Part shown: positions 23,445-35,325 of the stretch, one piece after another
Layout: each line of letters opens with the position of its first letter
How positions within the stretch are numbered: position 1 is the stretch's first letter
Origin: Ascoidea asiatica JCM 7603
Taxonomy: Eukaryota > Fungi > Ascomycota
Direction of reading: 5' to 3'
Assembly: GCA_001600695.1 (NCBI GenBank)
Contig: BCKQ01000006.1
Coordinates: 824,731-888,730, forward strand
Length of the DNA: 64,000 bases
The notes under the pieces: model-generated
Told to the model about the DNA's origin: nothing
Seen by the model: the letters and a program-made list of their open reading frames with translations, nothing else
Database searches by the model: none
Program-made: the position numbers and the translations under genes

Positions 23445-24345
23445 TTAAAACCCCATTTCTTCATCAGAACCATCACTCGAAGCACTAGAAGTGGCAATGG
23501 CAATATTCATTTCGTCGTTCACATCACCTCCTAATCGTCCTAAAGAAAGTTGATTTTCTTGGAAGGTTTCACTCTCAACTTCATTTTCTGAATTATTGGT
23601 TGTATTATTGGAACTGGATCTTAAATTGATACTAGAATCTGCCTCAGCAATTGCTGATGAAGTAGATGTACTTTCTGACCTTCGGATAGAGGATCTATCA
23701 TTATCAGCCCCTCTTTGATTTTCACTTTGAGTATCGGCAGGATTATTATTTAGAGTATTGATAGTAGTGTTATTATTTTCATTATTTTCATCACCAGGAG
23801 AACTTTCATCCACAATGACATTACTACTGTTTATTCCAACTCCAAATATTGGTAAATTAGAAGCTGGATTAAAAGTAAAATCATTTGTAGAAGGATGGCC
23901 AAGAAAATTAGGTCCTTCAAATGAAAAATTTGTATGATAATGAGAGTTTGAAATCAATCTATTACCTTGAAGTACAGTTGATATACCTGTAGAATGGGAA
24001 TCATCGTTATCTGATAATAATAATTCATTTTCATTACCTGGCTCATCATTTATAGAAGGTGGGGATCTTATATTATTTCCATTAGTCCCACTACTATTTG
24101 AATGATTATGCAAATTAGTTAGTGTTGATGTTGAAAGATTTGGGCTATATATTCCATTTGTAATAGAAATGTTATTTTGTAATTGACTCATATAATAATC
24201 ATTTCTATTAAAAAATCTTGAATCATTTTCATTAAATAAATAGCCAGAGTTTATATTTCTATTAATATTCATATTGATATTTTGAAAAGAATTATTATTA
24301 ACATTATTCATACTATAAACAGAAAAATTGCCATTTTCATTTTTA

Positions 24346-24389
<44 letters not shown>

Positions 24390-26851
24390 GGAATTTGTAT
24401 CATTATTTGATAAGTCTTCTTGATCCATTACACTTTGAATTAATATAGGATTAGGTTTTATCTCTGAACATAGTTGAATAATTTCTTTTTTATTTAATTT
24501 TTTAAAATATTTTGTTGAAATGATCTGATTCCAATTTGTTAGAATATACCTATTTGAAATTGATAATAAAAACGGTTCATTAATTTCATTTGAAACTTTC
24601 CAAATTTTCAAAATATTTTTAATATTGAAATAAGAATTTTGTTCATTTGTATTTGAATTGAAATTATAATTATTAGTATTATTATTATTTGAAATTTTAT
24701 TTAATAAAATTTTTCTAATTGTTTTTTGTTTTAAATTTGGTAATTCATAATAATTAGATAAAATTAATAAACCTAATAATTGATCAATTGAATCATTGAA
24801 ATGATTTTCAATTGAACCTGTATATAAATATTCAATTAAAGCTTTTAACCAAAATATTGGTTCTTGAACAAATAATTTTTTTGAATTAGATTCTTTCATA
24901 CCACTTTTAATTAAAATTTTAAAATATGGCCATCTTGCTAATAAAATTGTTGAATGAACATTAATTGGAATTGATTTTCTAAAAATATTTTTTGAATTTA
25001 AATAATTATTTGAATATTGTAACATTTTATTATTTTCAATGAAAGTTGGATTTAATAAATTTGGTCTTTTATTACCTTGAATACCAATAATTTGAAAATC
25101 TGAGAATGAAGTATTTTTATATAATAATTTAGCAAAATCTAAAGCAATATCATTTGAAATTGATAAATCATTATCATCATTATCAATATTAAGATCATTA
25201 TTTATATTATTAATATTATTATTTAATAAATTTGAATTTGTATTAAAATCAAAAGAATTTGGATTAAAATTATCAAATAATAAATTTTCATAACTATCAT
25301 TTTGAGAGTTAAAAGTATTATCAAATGCAGAGTTTGAATCTGAATCTGAATCTGAATCATAATCAGAATTTAAATTATTACTAGAATCAGAAATTGAAGA
25401 TGAAGATTCTGAATCAGAAGAAGATAAATCCCAATTATTAATATTTTCATTATTATTATCGATATTTTGATTATTTTCTAAATTTTCTATATTTTCCATA
25501 TCTTCAATATCTTCGATGCTTTCATTGGTATTGATAATTTGATTATTTTCAATATTATCATTGGAATTATCATTATCTATAAAATTTTGTTTTAATAATA
25601 ATTTTTTATTTTTTTTGATATTTTTATTATAATTATTAATAAATTTTTTATTAAATTTATTAAAAATATTTAATAATTTTAAATTTGATAAATTTGAATA
25701 ATAATTTTTATTTAATTGACCTAAATTATTTAAATTAAATTTTATAATATTTGATAATTTATAATCAAAAGAAGCATCATTAGTTTCTGGAGTTAAAGGA
25801 TAACCTAAGAAATAAAGAAAATTTTTAAATATAAAAGTATGTCTCCATCTATAACCAATAAAAGGTTTAAAATCTCCAGTTAATAATAATTGCCATTTTA
25901 AATTAATTAAATCTATTAAACCAATACATGGTTGTATACCTTCATGATAAGAATTCCATAAAGGTAAAATTATATCTAAAATTAAATAATTTTTTAAAGG
26001 TAAATAAATATGATCACCAATAAATTTTGGTAAATTAAAAATTTGAATTTGACCAGTAATATTTGTATTTAAATCAAAAAATGAAATAATATTTGAATTT
26101 ATATGATTCATTTCATTATTTAAACCACCAAATGAATAAATTTTATTATTAAAATAAATTATATAATGATCAAATCTTGAAATAAATTTTCTTGGACCAT
26201 CCCATTTATTTGTAATTAAATCAAAAGAATATAAATCATTATAAACAGTATTATTTTTTTTAAGACCACCAGAAATGAAAATTTTATTTTTTTTATCATT
26301 TAAACAAATTGCATGTCTTGATCTTTGTGAAGGAGATTTATTTAAATTATATTGAGATGGTATAAACCAATTTTGATCAATTAAATTATATATAATTAAT
26401 TGAGATTTATTTAATTGATTATTTAATTGATTATTTAATTGATTATTTGAAGTTGAAGAAGTTATTGGTAATTCATCAGGTATTCCACCGAATATTAAAA
26501 TATTATTATTATCAATAAAAGTTGAAGAATGACCTTCTCTAAAAATTTTAATATTATTTGAAATAATTGTATTCCAAATTAAATTATTTTTTTTATTTAA
26601 ATTTAAATTTAAATTTAAAATATAAATATTTGGATCTAAATTATCATCTTCATCAAAACCACCAAAAATAAATAAATTTCCATTTAAAGTTATTGTTGTT
26701 GAAGATTTAACTCTAAATAAAGGTTGAATTCCTTTTGTATTTAAAAATTCAATTAATTTATTATTATTTTGATTAATATTTTTAAATTTATTTTGATTTT
26801 TTGATTTTATTTTAATTTTATTCTTAATTCTCAATTTTGAATAATTGGATA

Positions 26852-26891
<40 letters not shown>

Positions 26892-27245
26892 GTAAAGTAT
26901 ATGATTACTATTCGAGATATTAGAGTTTAAACTATTATGATTATTTGAAATTATTGATTTGAGATGAGTATGATTATGGTTATGATTATGATTATGAGAT
27001 CTATGAGTTTTTACTGATTTTAAATGTGAATTGTTTGAATTATTGGAATTATTTGAAAGATTATGATTTTTTTTTCTTCTTTTTATTGAATTTGAAGTTA
27101 GAATTGGAATTCCAGAAGATGGAGAAGATGCAAGAGATGTTTGATTTTCAGTTTGATTTTCAGTTTGATTTTCAGTAAGGTTTTGAATTTGATCTTGATT
27201 TTGATTCTGAAGAGAAGAAAGTAATTGACCTGGATTCAATGGCAT
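23445..27245 (-). CDS. Kelch-repeat + BTB/POZ protein (fungal LZTR1-like, putative Cul3 adaptor)
   Basis: Kelch GG motifs (LFIFGGFD, REGHS, RSRHA, SRFDH..IYSFGGL); BTB (FSDFQI..PINVHSTILLARWPYF..EPIFWLKALIEYLYTGSI). Confidence 0.85.
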
Positions 27246-28007
27246 TATTTGATAATAATATGATAAAGATTATGAAAATGAAAATAATAAAAAAAAAAAG
27301 ATAATTAATGAATGTGTGATAGATAAAGTTAGTGAATAGCAGTTTTCCAGAGGGGGACTTAAGTGAATAAATAGTGTACAGTAAGAGAAGAGATATTCAG
27401 TAAGTTACAAGCAGAGGTGGATCGAAAGACGAAGAGAAAAGGTGTGGTGGGTATCGGAAAGAGGAAAAGTAGCAGTTGGAGAGGAAAGGAAGAAGAAAAG
27501 AAGAAAGCAGCGAGAAAGAAAGAAGGAAGAAGGAAGGAAGAAGGAAGGAAGAAGGAATCCCAAGCAGCGCAGGCCAGAGGAGGAGGCACGTGAGCAGGAT
27601 ACAGAGGGAATATCCGTAGATCCAGGCAGATCCACTAAAAGGATAGTAGTTTAAGTATAATTGTGAGAACCTGGTTTTGTGGATCCGGAAATATGCATGT
27701 TTCCTTATTAGTACATGTGAATACGTGTAGGTACATGATCCATTTCAGTGGATATAGGACAAAAATCACATTTAGGGCTTTTTCTGAACAAATATAGTGC
27801 ATGTTGTCCTACCATGAACAATAGAAGTGATTTAATAAAGTTGTTGATTTTGATGATGGTTTTTTATAAAGATAATCAAAACCATCAATAATATAACAAC
27901 AACAACAACAACAACAATATCAATATCAAAAGGCATTGAACTGAAATTGATGAAATGAATGATAAGAAATAATTTAATAAAAGGGTTGAGTTTGGTAATT
28001 GTAGTCA

Positions 28008-28616
28008 ATGGATCAATCTATAACAAATATTAACATATCCTCAATGACTTTTGATATTGAAGATCAATCCAATTTCCCAGGAATATTGTCTTCAATAAAC
28101 AATATTGATAATAATTCTGCAATTGAATATTATCAAAATGCAAAAAAAATCAATCAATCAATTAAGAAAAATAACATTAATAATAGCATTATTGATAATA
28201 GTGATCAGAGTGATAACTTGTTGTCTCAAAATCAAAATCAAAATCAATCATTTTCAAATTCAGATTCAGATTCAGATTCTTCTTTAGATTCTTCTTTAGA
28301 TTATCTAATTCCAATCAATTCTGATAGTTCAATCAATTCAAATAATTCAAATAATTCACATTCAAGAAAGAGAAAAATATCTTTTGATTATATAAAAGAT
28401 AAATTCAATTTATCTTGTTCAAAATCAACTTTTCATGGTAGACTTAATGGTAATAGATCAAGATTATTTTATGAATTAAATTCAAGAATTTTATCTTTAT
28501 TTGAAGAAAATTTATTAATTAAAAGATTAATTAATTCAACTAAAAGAGGTTTCATAATTAATATCACAAATATTTTATTAATGATTGATGAAATTATTGA
28601 TGATAGATTTTTATTA

Positions 28617-28654
<38 letters not shown>

Positions 28655-29248
28655 TAATAATAATAATGATAAATTATAAATATAAATATAATTTAATTAA
28701 AAATAAATCTTATTTAAATATTAATCATTATGTTTCAAGATCTTATATTTCTGAATTTATAAAAAGACATTCAAATGATTTAATATCTTTAAAATTATCT
28801 GAAAATAATTTTAAATTTTTTACTCCAAATATAAATGTAAATAAAAATAATAATAATATAAATAATGATATAAATACAATTATAATTACAAATAATAACT
28901 TAAATGATCTGATAACTCAATGTATCGATAATAAGTCTTCAATAAGTAATAATTCTCCAGTAAAAATCAATATTTCTAATATTTCTAATATTTCTAATAT
29001 TTCTAAATCAAATAATGATGAAAATAAAATTTCAATTAGAAAAAAAAAATTTAATAGATAATTTAACAAATAATATAATAAATTCTTCATATAATACTTT
29101 TAATAATGAAATTAATGAATCTTCAATATTTGATAAATTAAATGAAATAAGTAAATATTCAATTAAATCAATTTTAAATTTAGCTAGAGATACAAATAAA
29201 TTTATTGATTCAATTAAAGACAAAATTTCAAATGAATCAAATTCTTAA
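28008..29248 (+). CDS. pogo/Fot1 transposase-derived HTH (psq + CENP-B-type) protein without DDE domain; split over three track ORFs by two +1 shifts in A runs
   Basis: SKSTFHGRLNGNRSR, RILSLFEENLLIKRLINSTKRGF, VSRSYISEFIKRH resemble Fot1/pogo xxSTLxxRLNG, LSxxEExxLxxWI..xRGF, VGxxWVxxFxKRH. Confidence 0.7.
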
Positions 29249-29355
29249 TTAAATTGATATTATATATATATTATCTATATATTATACTTTTATATTATAC
29301 TTTTGTATTATAGCAAAATAAAGTAAATAATCATATATTTGAGAAGAATATTATT

Positions 29356-29526
29356 TTAAATACCTCCAGCTTCTCTATACCATCGAATACCTTTATCAAA
29401 CCCAGCACAAACAATACCATCATTTGTATTACCACCAGGAGCAGATCTATAAGTTTTTTTAATAAATTTTACATCCATAATTGCAATAGAATCATCAGAA
29501 TCAGAATTATCATTACTATTTTTTGG

Positions 29527-29574
<48 letters not shown>

Positions 29575-29908
29575 GTTACCATCATCATCATAATCAATTA
29601 AATCTGAAGGAGAAATAGAAATAGTTGCTTCTTTTGATCTTGTTTCAATATTCCAAATTTTTAATTTACCATCATAACCTGCACTAATTAATAAATCACC
29701 ATCATCATTAAAATCTAAAGCAAAAATCCAAGAATCATGAGCATTAACAGATATTTGTAAAGAAGCAGAATGAGAAGGCATTGTTAAAATTCCAATAATT
29801 TCACCATATTTTGTATCATATAAAGATATATTACCAAAATTTCCAGAATCAGAAGCAACAGCTAAAATTTTACCATTTGGAGAAAAAGTTAAAGCTCTAA
29901 TTGAATTA

Positions 29909-29939
<31 letters not shown>

Positions 29940-30754
29940 AATTTGAAAAAGTATATAAAATTCTTGAACTTTCAATTTCAAATAAAATTATTTCACCATT
30001 TTGATAACCAATTGCAATTAAATTTAATAAATTAGATATAGATAAAGACATTGGAAATGAAATATTTTTTGGTTGAATTAAATAATGATCAAATAAATCA
30101 ATAGAATCAATTGAAGAATTATTAATATTATTTAAATTTTCAAAATTTAATTTAACATTAAATATTTTAGTTGTACCTTTTGGTTGATTAACAATAAATT
30201 TTATATTATCATTATTATTGTAATCATTATTAAACCAAATTGATTTCCAAAAAGATTGATTATTAATTTTAAATTTTGAAATTGAAATTGAAGAATTATA
30301 ATTAATTTTTAAAGGTAATAAATCATTATTAAATAATTTATAAAAATAAATAAAACCATTAAAAGAAATTATTGAAAAAATATATAAATTTTTATTTATT
30401 GTTAATATTGATAAATTTAATAAACCAGAATCATCAATTTTAAAAATTTTTAAATTTTTTTTTAAATTTGGATTTTCATTTTCATTAATTTTATTTGACC
30501 ATAATTTTAAAAAACCATCACCAGATATTGAGATTGTATAATTATTTAAAACTTGTAAATTAAATATATCAGCATCATGAGCATTAATTGCATTTGAAGT
30601 TGAAATATATTTTCTACTCTATATATATTTATATATATATATATAATAATAATAATAATAATAAGTTTGTTAGAAATTTGAAATTATATCTTAATGAATT
30701 GAATTAAGAATAAAGATTGAATTTAGAATATGATAAAGTGAGTATACATACCAT
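29356..30754 (-). CDS. SKI8: Ski8/Rec103 WD40 protein; complement(join 30752-30754, 29356-30618), ~421 aa
   Basis: M|SRKYISTSNAINAHDADIF..SGDGFLKLW N-terminus and DKGIRWYREAGG C-terminus; intron 30619-30751 GTATGT..TTCTAAC..TAG; exon 2 checked open throughout. Confidence 0.93.
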
Positions 30755-31713
30755 TTTTAATATAAATATAAGCTAATGATAATATTGAATCTTTAAATAA
30801 TTTAGATTAATGGATATATTTATGAATATATTAGAATATGAATATGAAATTATACTTTAAAAATTTGTTTAAATAGGTAAAGGTAAAGGTAAAGGTATAT
30901 TAAAAATTCCGGTTAAATTTCAAAAAGGGAAATATTTGAAAAATACGTAAAACGGGTAAAGTTAAAACACTACAGATTATAATTGATATAAATGAATTCA
31001 AATTAACTAGAATAAGATTATAATTACAAATTCGACTAGAATTTAAGAATAAATATAATCAAGAAGAGTTTATTAAAAAGTAAATAAAGCTATAGAATGG
31101 TAATTAAAAGAAGAGAAATGTGTTAGTATATGAAATGAATGAAATAGTAATATATGGAGTTGTTAATAATCAGTTTGATTATCATTTTGATTATCAGTTT
31201 CAGTGGTGTTTTGTTTGTTGTTTGTATTTATGAATGGTGTGTCACTGTTATTGTTATCCACTGATATCGACAGTGAGATTACGAGCTGTTTCTGAAGTAC
31301 TGCAACAACACAAAATCCTTAATCACAAACACAAAAATCAAGTTCGCCACTCAAAAATGAAGTCTGTCCTAAGTGGACACTGTCCTAGATTACGCGCACT
31401 AGATACTGCACAACAGTGACCTATAATCATTGGATCCCTTCAAGTGGTAATCAGGCTATCACATGACCTTTCCGCCACGTGGTGTGTGTTGTCCTTTTTG
31501 GTTTCTGCTGTTTCTCTGGTTGCTTTGTTGCTGTTGTTGTTTTTCTCTCTGCTGCTGTTTCTTCCCTTTTTTCTCAGTTTCCTGTCTCATTCTTTAAAAG
31601 AAGGATCAGGATCAGGAATAGGAATAGGAATAGGAACAAAACAAATATATATCAGGATATTCTTCTTCTTTTATCTTACGTTAGGACCATCACCAATTAC
31701 TTCAATATTTCAA

Positions 31714-33483
31714 ATGGATTCAATAAGAGTAAATAAAATTGTAGATAATGAAAAATTATGGATGAAAGAAAGAAGAGATTATTTCTCAATTCTTATAAAA
31801 CAAAATTTATTACCACCAGGAGATTCAATAATTAAAAAATCTTTAACATCTCAAGTTTATGAAAAAATTTCAATAGAATTAAATTTAAAATTTAATTGTA
31901 AAGATTTTGATAAACAAAAAGTTCAAAATTTTTATAGTGATACAAAAAAAAATTTTAAATTATTTTTTAAAGCAAAATCTATTAATATTTGTCAAATTAT
32001 TAATGGTGATAATTTTGGTTTAACAAAATGGATTTGGTTACCAAATTCAATTTGGGATGATTTAGCTTCTGAAAATCCAAGAATTAGAGCTTTAAGAAAT
32101 AAAGATATTTGGTATTTAGAAAATTTACAACCTGTTTTTGAACAATTAAATTTTGTAACTTCAAATAATTTAGATTCAAATAATTTAGAAAATACTTTTT
32201 CAAATGATACTTTAAAATTATTATCAAATTCAAATTCAAATATATCCATTCAATCTCAATTACAATCTCAATTAGATTCTCAATTATCAAATCATTTATC
32301 AAATTTAGATTCTCAATTATCAAATCAATTATCAAATCAATTCAATTCTCAATTTAATTCAATTAATAATGATAATGATAAAGAAACTAATAATGATAAT
32401 GATAATGACAAAAATTTGGAAAATGTTAATAATTTAAATACTGAGAATACTGAGAATACTGAGAATAATTCAAATAATGAAAATAATAAAGATTTAGATA
32501 TTTTAAATCAAACTTTAAAAAGATCAATTGAAAATGTTGATCCATTATTATCAAATCAATCTATAAATAATTTAAATAATATTAATAACTTAAATAATTT
32601 AAATAAAAAATTTAAATTAAATATATATTCTCAAGCAACTAATCCAATAAATAATAATACCATAAATTCTTTAAATTCTTTAAATTCTTTAAATTCTTTA
32701 AATCCTTCAAATTCTTCAAATTCTTCAAAAAAAAATTTTCAATTATTATCAAAAAAAATTGATTTAGGTAATAATAATAAAATTTCACCATCATCAATTT
32801 TAACATATAATAATAAAATTATAGAAATTGAAAAATTATTTAATTGGTATCAATTAAAACAAAAAGATTTAAAAATTCAAAAAATTGTACAATTTTTAAA
32901 TATTTTACAATTAAAAAATTTAATTACTCAAAAAATTTTATCATTTTTTTTAATTGAAATTAATGAACAATTTTTATATAATCAATTTAAAAATAAATTA
33001 AATTTATCTGAAAAAAATTTTTCATATTTAGTTAAAGAAATTTATAATCAATATCAATTTAATCAAATTAATCAATATTCAAATAATAATGGTAATGGTA
33101 TTAATATTACAAATAATGAAATTAATCAAAAGAAAAATAAAAATAAAAGTAATAAAGATAAAGATAAAGATAAAGATGAAGAGAATTGTAAAAATAATGA
33201 TGAAATTAAAGATAAAAAATCATATAAAAAAGTATTAGATAAATCAGATAAATCAAAAGAATTGGAAATATCAAAAGAGAAATCGGATAAATTATCTGAA
33301 AAGGAATCCGAAAAAGAATCCGAGAATTTATCCGGGAAAGTGTCTGGCAATTTATCCGACAATTTATCCGAGAAAGAAAAAGAAAAAGAAAAAGAAAAAG
33401 AAAACGAAAAAGAAAACGAAAAAGAAAAAGTTTCTAAAGATTCAATAGAATCAAAAGATAAAAATGAAGATTCATCTAAATAG
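31714..33483 (+). CDS. Myb/SANT-like DNA-binding protein (Myb_DNA-bind_3 / PIF-Harbinger ORF1 type) with low-complexity tail; true start likely ATG 31714
   Basis: W...YEKISIELNLKFNCKDFDKQKVQNFYSDTKKNFKLF...NSIWDDLASENPRIRALRNKDIWYLENLQPVF; the upstream GTG extension is promoter/UTR-like. Confidence 0.65.
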   Translation: MDSIRVNKIVDNEKLWMKERRDYFSILIKQNLLPPGDSIIKKSLTSQVYEKISIELNLKFNCKDFDKQKVQNFYSDTKKNFKLFFKAKSINICQIINGDNFGLTKWIWLPNSIWDDLASENPRIRALRNKDIWYLENLQPVFEQLNFVTSNNLDSNNLENTFSNDTLKLLSNSNSNISIQSQLQSQLDSQLSNHLSNLDSQLSNQLSNQFNSQFNSINNDNDKETNNDNDNDKNLENVNNLNTENTENTENNSNNENNKDLDILNQTLKRSIENVDPLLSNQSINNLNNINNLNNLNKKFKLNIYSQATNPINNNTINSLNSLNSLNSLNPSNSSNSSKKNFQLLSKKIDLGNNNKISPSSILTYNNKIIEIEKLFNWYQLKQKDLKIQKIVQFLNILQLKNLITQKILSFFLIEINEQFLYNQFKNKLNLSEKNFSYLVKEIYNQYQFNQINQYSNNNGNGINITNNEINQKKNKNKSNKDKDKDKDEENCKNNDEIKDKKSYKKVLDKSDKSKELEISKEKSDKLSEKESEKESENLSGKVSGNLSDNLSEKEKEKEKEKENEKENEKEKVSKDSIESKDKNEDSSK

Positions 33484-33597
33484 TTTTATCTTTATTTTAT
33501 TAAATTATATTAAATTAAATTATATCTATCTAAATATATATATATATATATATATATAATTATTATGTATATAAATATATGTAGGATTGTAAGAATA

Positions 33598-34656
33598 TTA
33601 ACCAAATAACATTGCAGCAGCAAATTCTGGATTACCATTACAAGCATCTAAAGCATTAATAACTTGTTGACGATTAAAACCTAGATCTATTAAATTTTTT
33701 ATAATTTCTTCATATTTTGAATCATTTTTATAATCATTAGAATTATTATTATTGGTGGATTTGGATTTGGATTTGGATTTGGGTGTGGGTGTTGTTGTTG
33801 TTGTTGTTGAAAGATCATTTGAAGTAAAAATATTTTGACCAAAAGAGAGATTATTTTTTTGAGAGAATAAATTTAATTTTGGAATTTCAGAATCATTTAA
33901 AAATGGAGTTTTTTCATTACCTAAAATTAAAATATTTTTTTTTAAATTTATTATACCTTGATGTCTTTTTAACATATCTAAACCAAGAATTAAATCAATA
34001 TTTGAATCAATAATTATAAAACTACAATTAAAATAAGAATTATTAATTTTTATTGGAGTTGAATGAATTTTACCTTTAATTTCAATTGAACCTAAACCTA
34101 TAGCTTTACCTTTAAATCTTTTATCAATTAAATTTAAAAGATTTAAAGAATTAGCTAAATTTAAAGACATTATAGTTACTTGAGCACCAGAATCTATAAA
34201 AGTTTTAATTAATTTATTATTAATTTTTAAATTTATATATAACATTGAAACATTAATAAAAGATTCTGGATTAAATTCATAAGCATTTTTAAAATTTTCA
34301 TTAATTTGTTCATTTCTTATTAAATCTAAAATTTTTTGTTGATTTTCTGGATTATCAATATTATTATTAATATTATTGGCGGTATTAGTATCGGCGGTAA
34401 TATTAGTATTAGTATTGATGGTAGTAGAAGATGAGAAAACTTTAATTAGGATTAAATCATTATTTTTAATATTTAAATCATTTAAAGATAAATTATCACC
34501 AATTAAAGATTTTGAATTTAATATTAAAATTTGATTTTTTATTAATATTGAAGTTTCAGATTCTATATAAGCTTTAAAATCTAATAAATTTAAATCACTT
34601 GGTATATCAATATTTAAAAAAGAATCTGAAGATTGTATATTTAATGTTAATTTCAT
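33598..34656 (-). CDS. DDI1: Ddi1: UBL, retroviral-type aspartic protease (FIDSGAQ), UBA
   Basis: PESFINVSMLYI, IDSGAQVTIMS, LILGLDMLKRHQ, LGFNRQQVINALDACNGNPEFAAAMLF. Confidence 0.97.
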   Translation of the reverse strand: MKLTLNIQSSDSFLNIDIPSDLNLLDFKAYIESETSILIKNQILILNSKSLIGDNLSLNDLNIKNNDLILIKVFSSSTTINTNTNITADTNTANNINNNIDNPENQQKILDLIRNEQINENFKNAYEFNPESFINVSMLYINLKINNKLIKTFIDSGAQVTIMSLNLANSLNLLNLIDKRFKGKAIGLGSIEIKGKIHSTPIKINNSYFNCSFIIIDSNIDLILGLDMLKRHQGIINLKKNILILGNEKTPFLNDSEIPKLNLFSQKNNLSFGQNIFTSNDLSTTTTTTPTPKSKSKSKSTNNNNSNDYKNDSKYEEIIKNLIDLGFNRQQVINALDACNGNPEFAAAMLFG

Positions 34657-34721
34657 TATGTTATGGATATTATATTATATTATATTATTGAATTATTGAA
34701 TTATTGAAATGGAATCAGTGT

Positions 34722-34722
34722 T

Positions 34723-34761
<39 letters not shown>

Positions 34762-35250
34762 TTATATATATATTTGTATATGGTGATAGTGATTATGTGA
34801 TTATTAATGGAAAGGAGTATAAAGTGGTGGTGGTGGCGAAGAATCGAGTAGAAGGATAATGTAAAGCAATAAAGCAATGGGATAATTAGATAGCAAGACA
34901 GTAGTAATGACTGCTGACTAATAAAGTACGAGAGAGAGAGAAGAGAGAGAAGAGAGAGAAGAGAGAAGAGAGTGTGAGTGTGTCTGTGAGTGTGTCTGTG
35001 AGTGTGTCTGTGAGTGTGTCTGTGAGAGTGTTGCTTCTTCTTCTGCTGCCTCTGCTTCTTTTTCTGCTTCGTTTGCTTCACACACGTGCTGGAGAGGAAG
35101 AGACCCAGCGAAGTGGCGACCTCACGTGCAGTAGTATATATACAGTATCTCAAATATATACAGTATATAATATAATATATACAGTATATAATATATATCA
35201 CTAGAATATAATATAATATAATATAATATAATATAATATAATATATATCA
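34722..35250. repeat. Microsatellite cluster in DDI1/RTR1 divergent promoter: (TA)n, (GAGAGAGAA)n, (GTGAGTGTGTCT)~4, (ATATA)n; CACGTG at 35083 and 35123
   Basis: Seen directly. Confidence 0.85.
34832..34840 (+). promoter_or_regulatory. Rpn4 PACE/MACE-like element GGTGGCGAA upstream of DDI1 (second copy AGTGGCGA at 35112-35119)
   Basis: Matches the GGTGGCGA Rpn4-binding variant; DDI1 is proteasome-associated. Confidence 0.6.
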
Positions 35251-35325
35251 CTAGAATACAAATATAAAGAAACACAACACATTTCAATTCATCAATTCAT
35301 CAAGAGATAAGAAAATTGTATTAAA

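Noticed and set aside
27359-27654. Three short overlapping ORFs
   Set aside because: Arise from a purine/pyrimidine-biased promoter tract; no domain
31444-31713. Hydrophobic N-terminal extension from GTG
   Set aside because: Non-ATG start in a eukaryote; T-rich UTR and repeats; ATG 31714 has A at -3
33598-34656. Retroviral-type protease as sign of a retrotransposon
   Set aside because: UBL-RVP-UBA architecture is the conserved host gene DDI1
34722-35282. 186-aa and 76-aa ORFs
   Set aside because: Translations of microsatellites in the DDI1/RTR1 promoter
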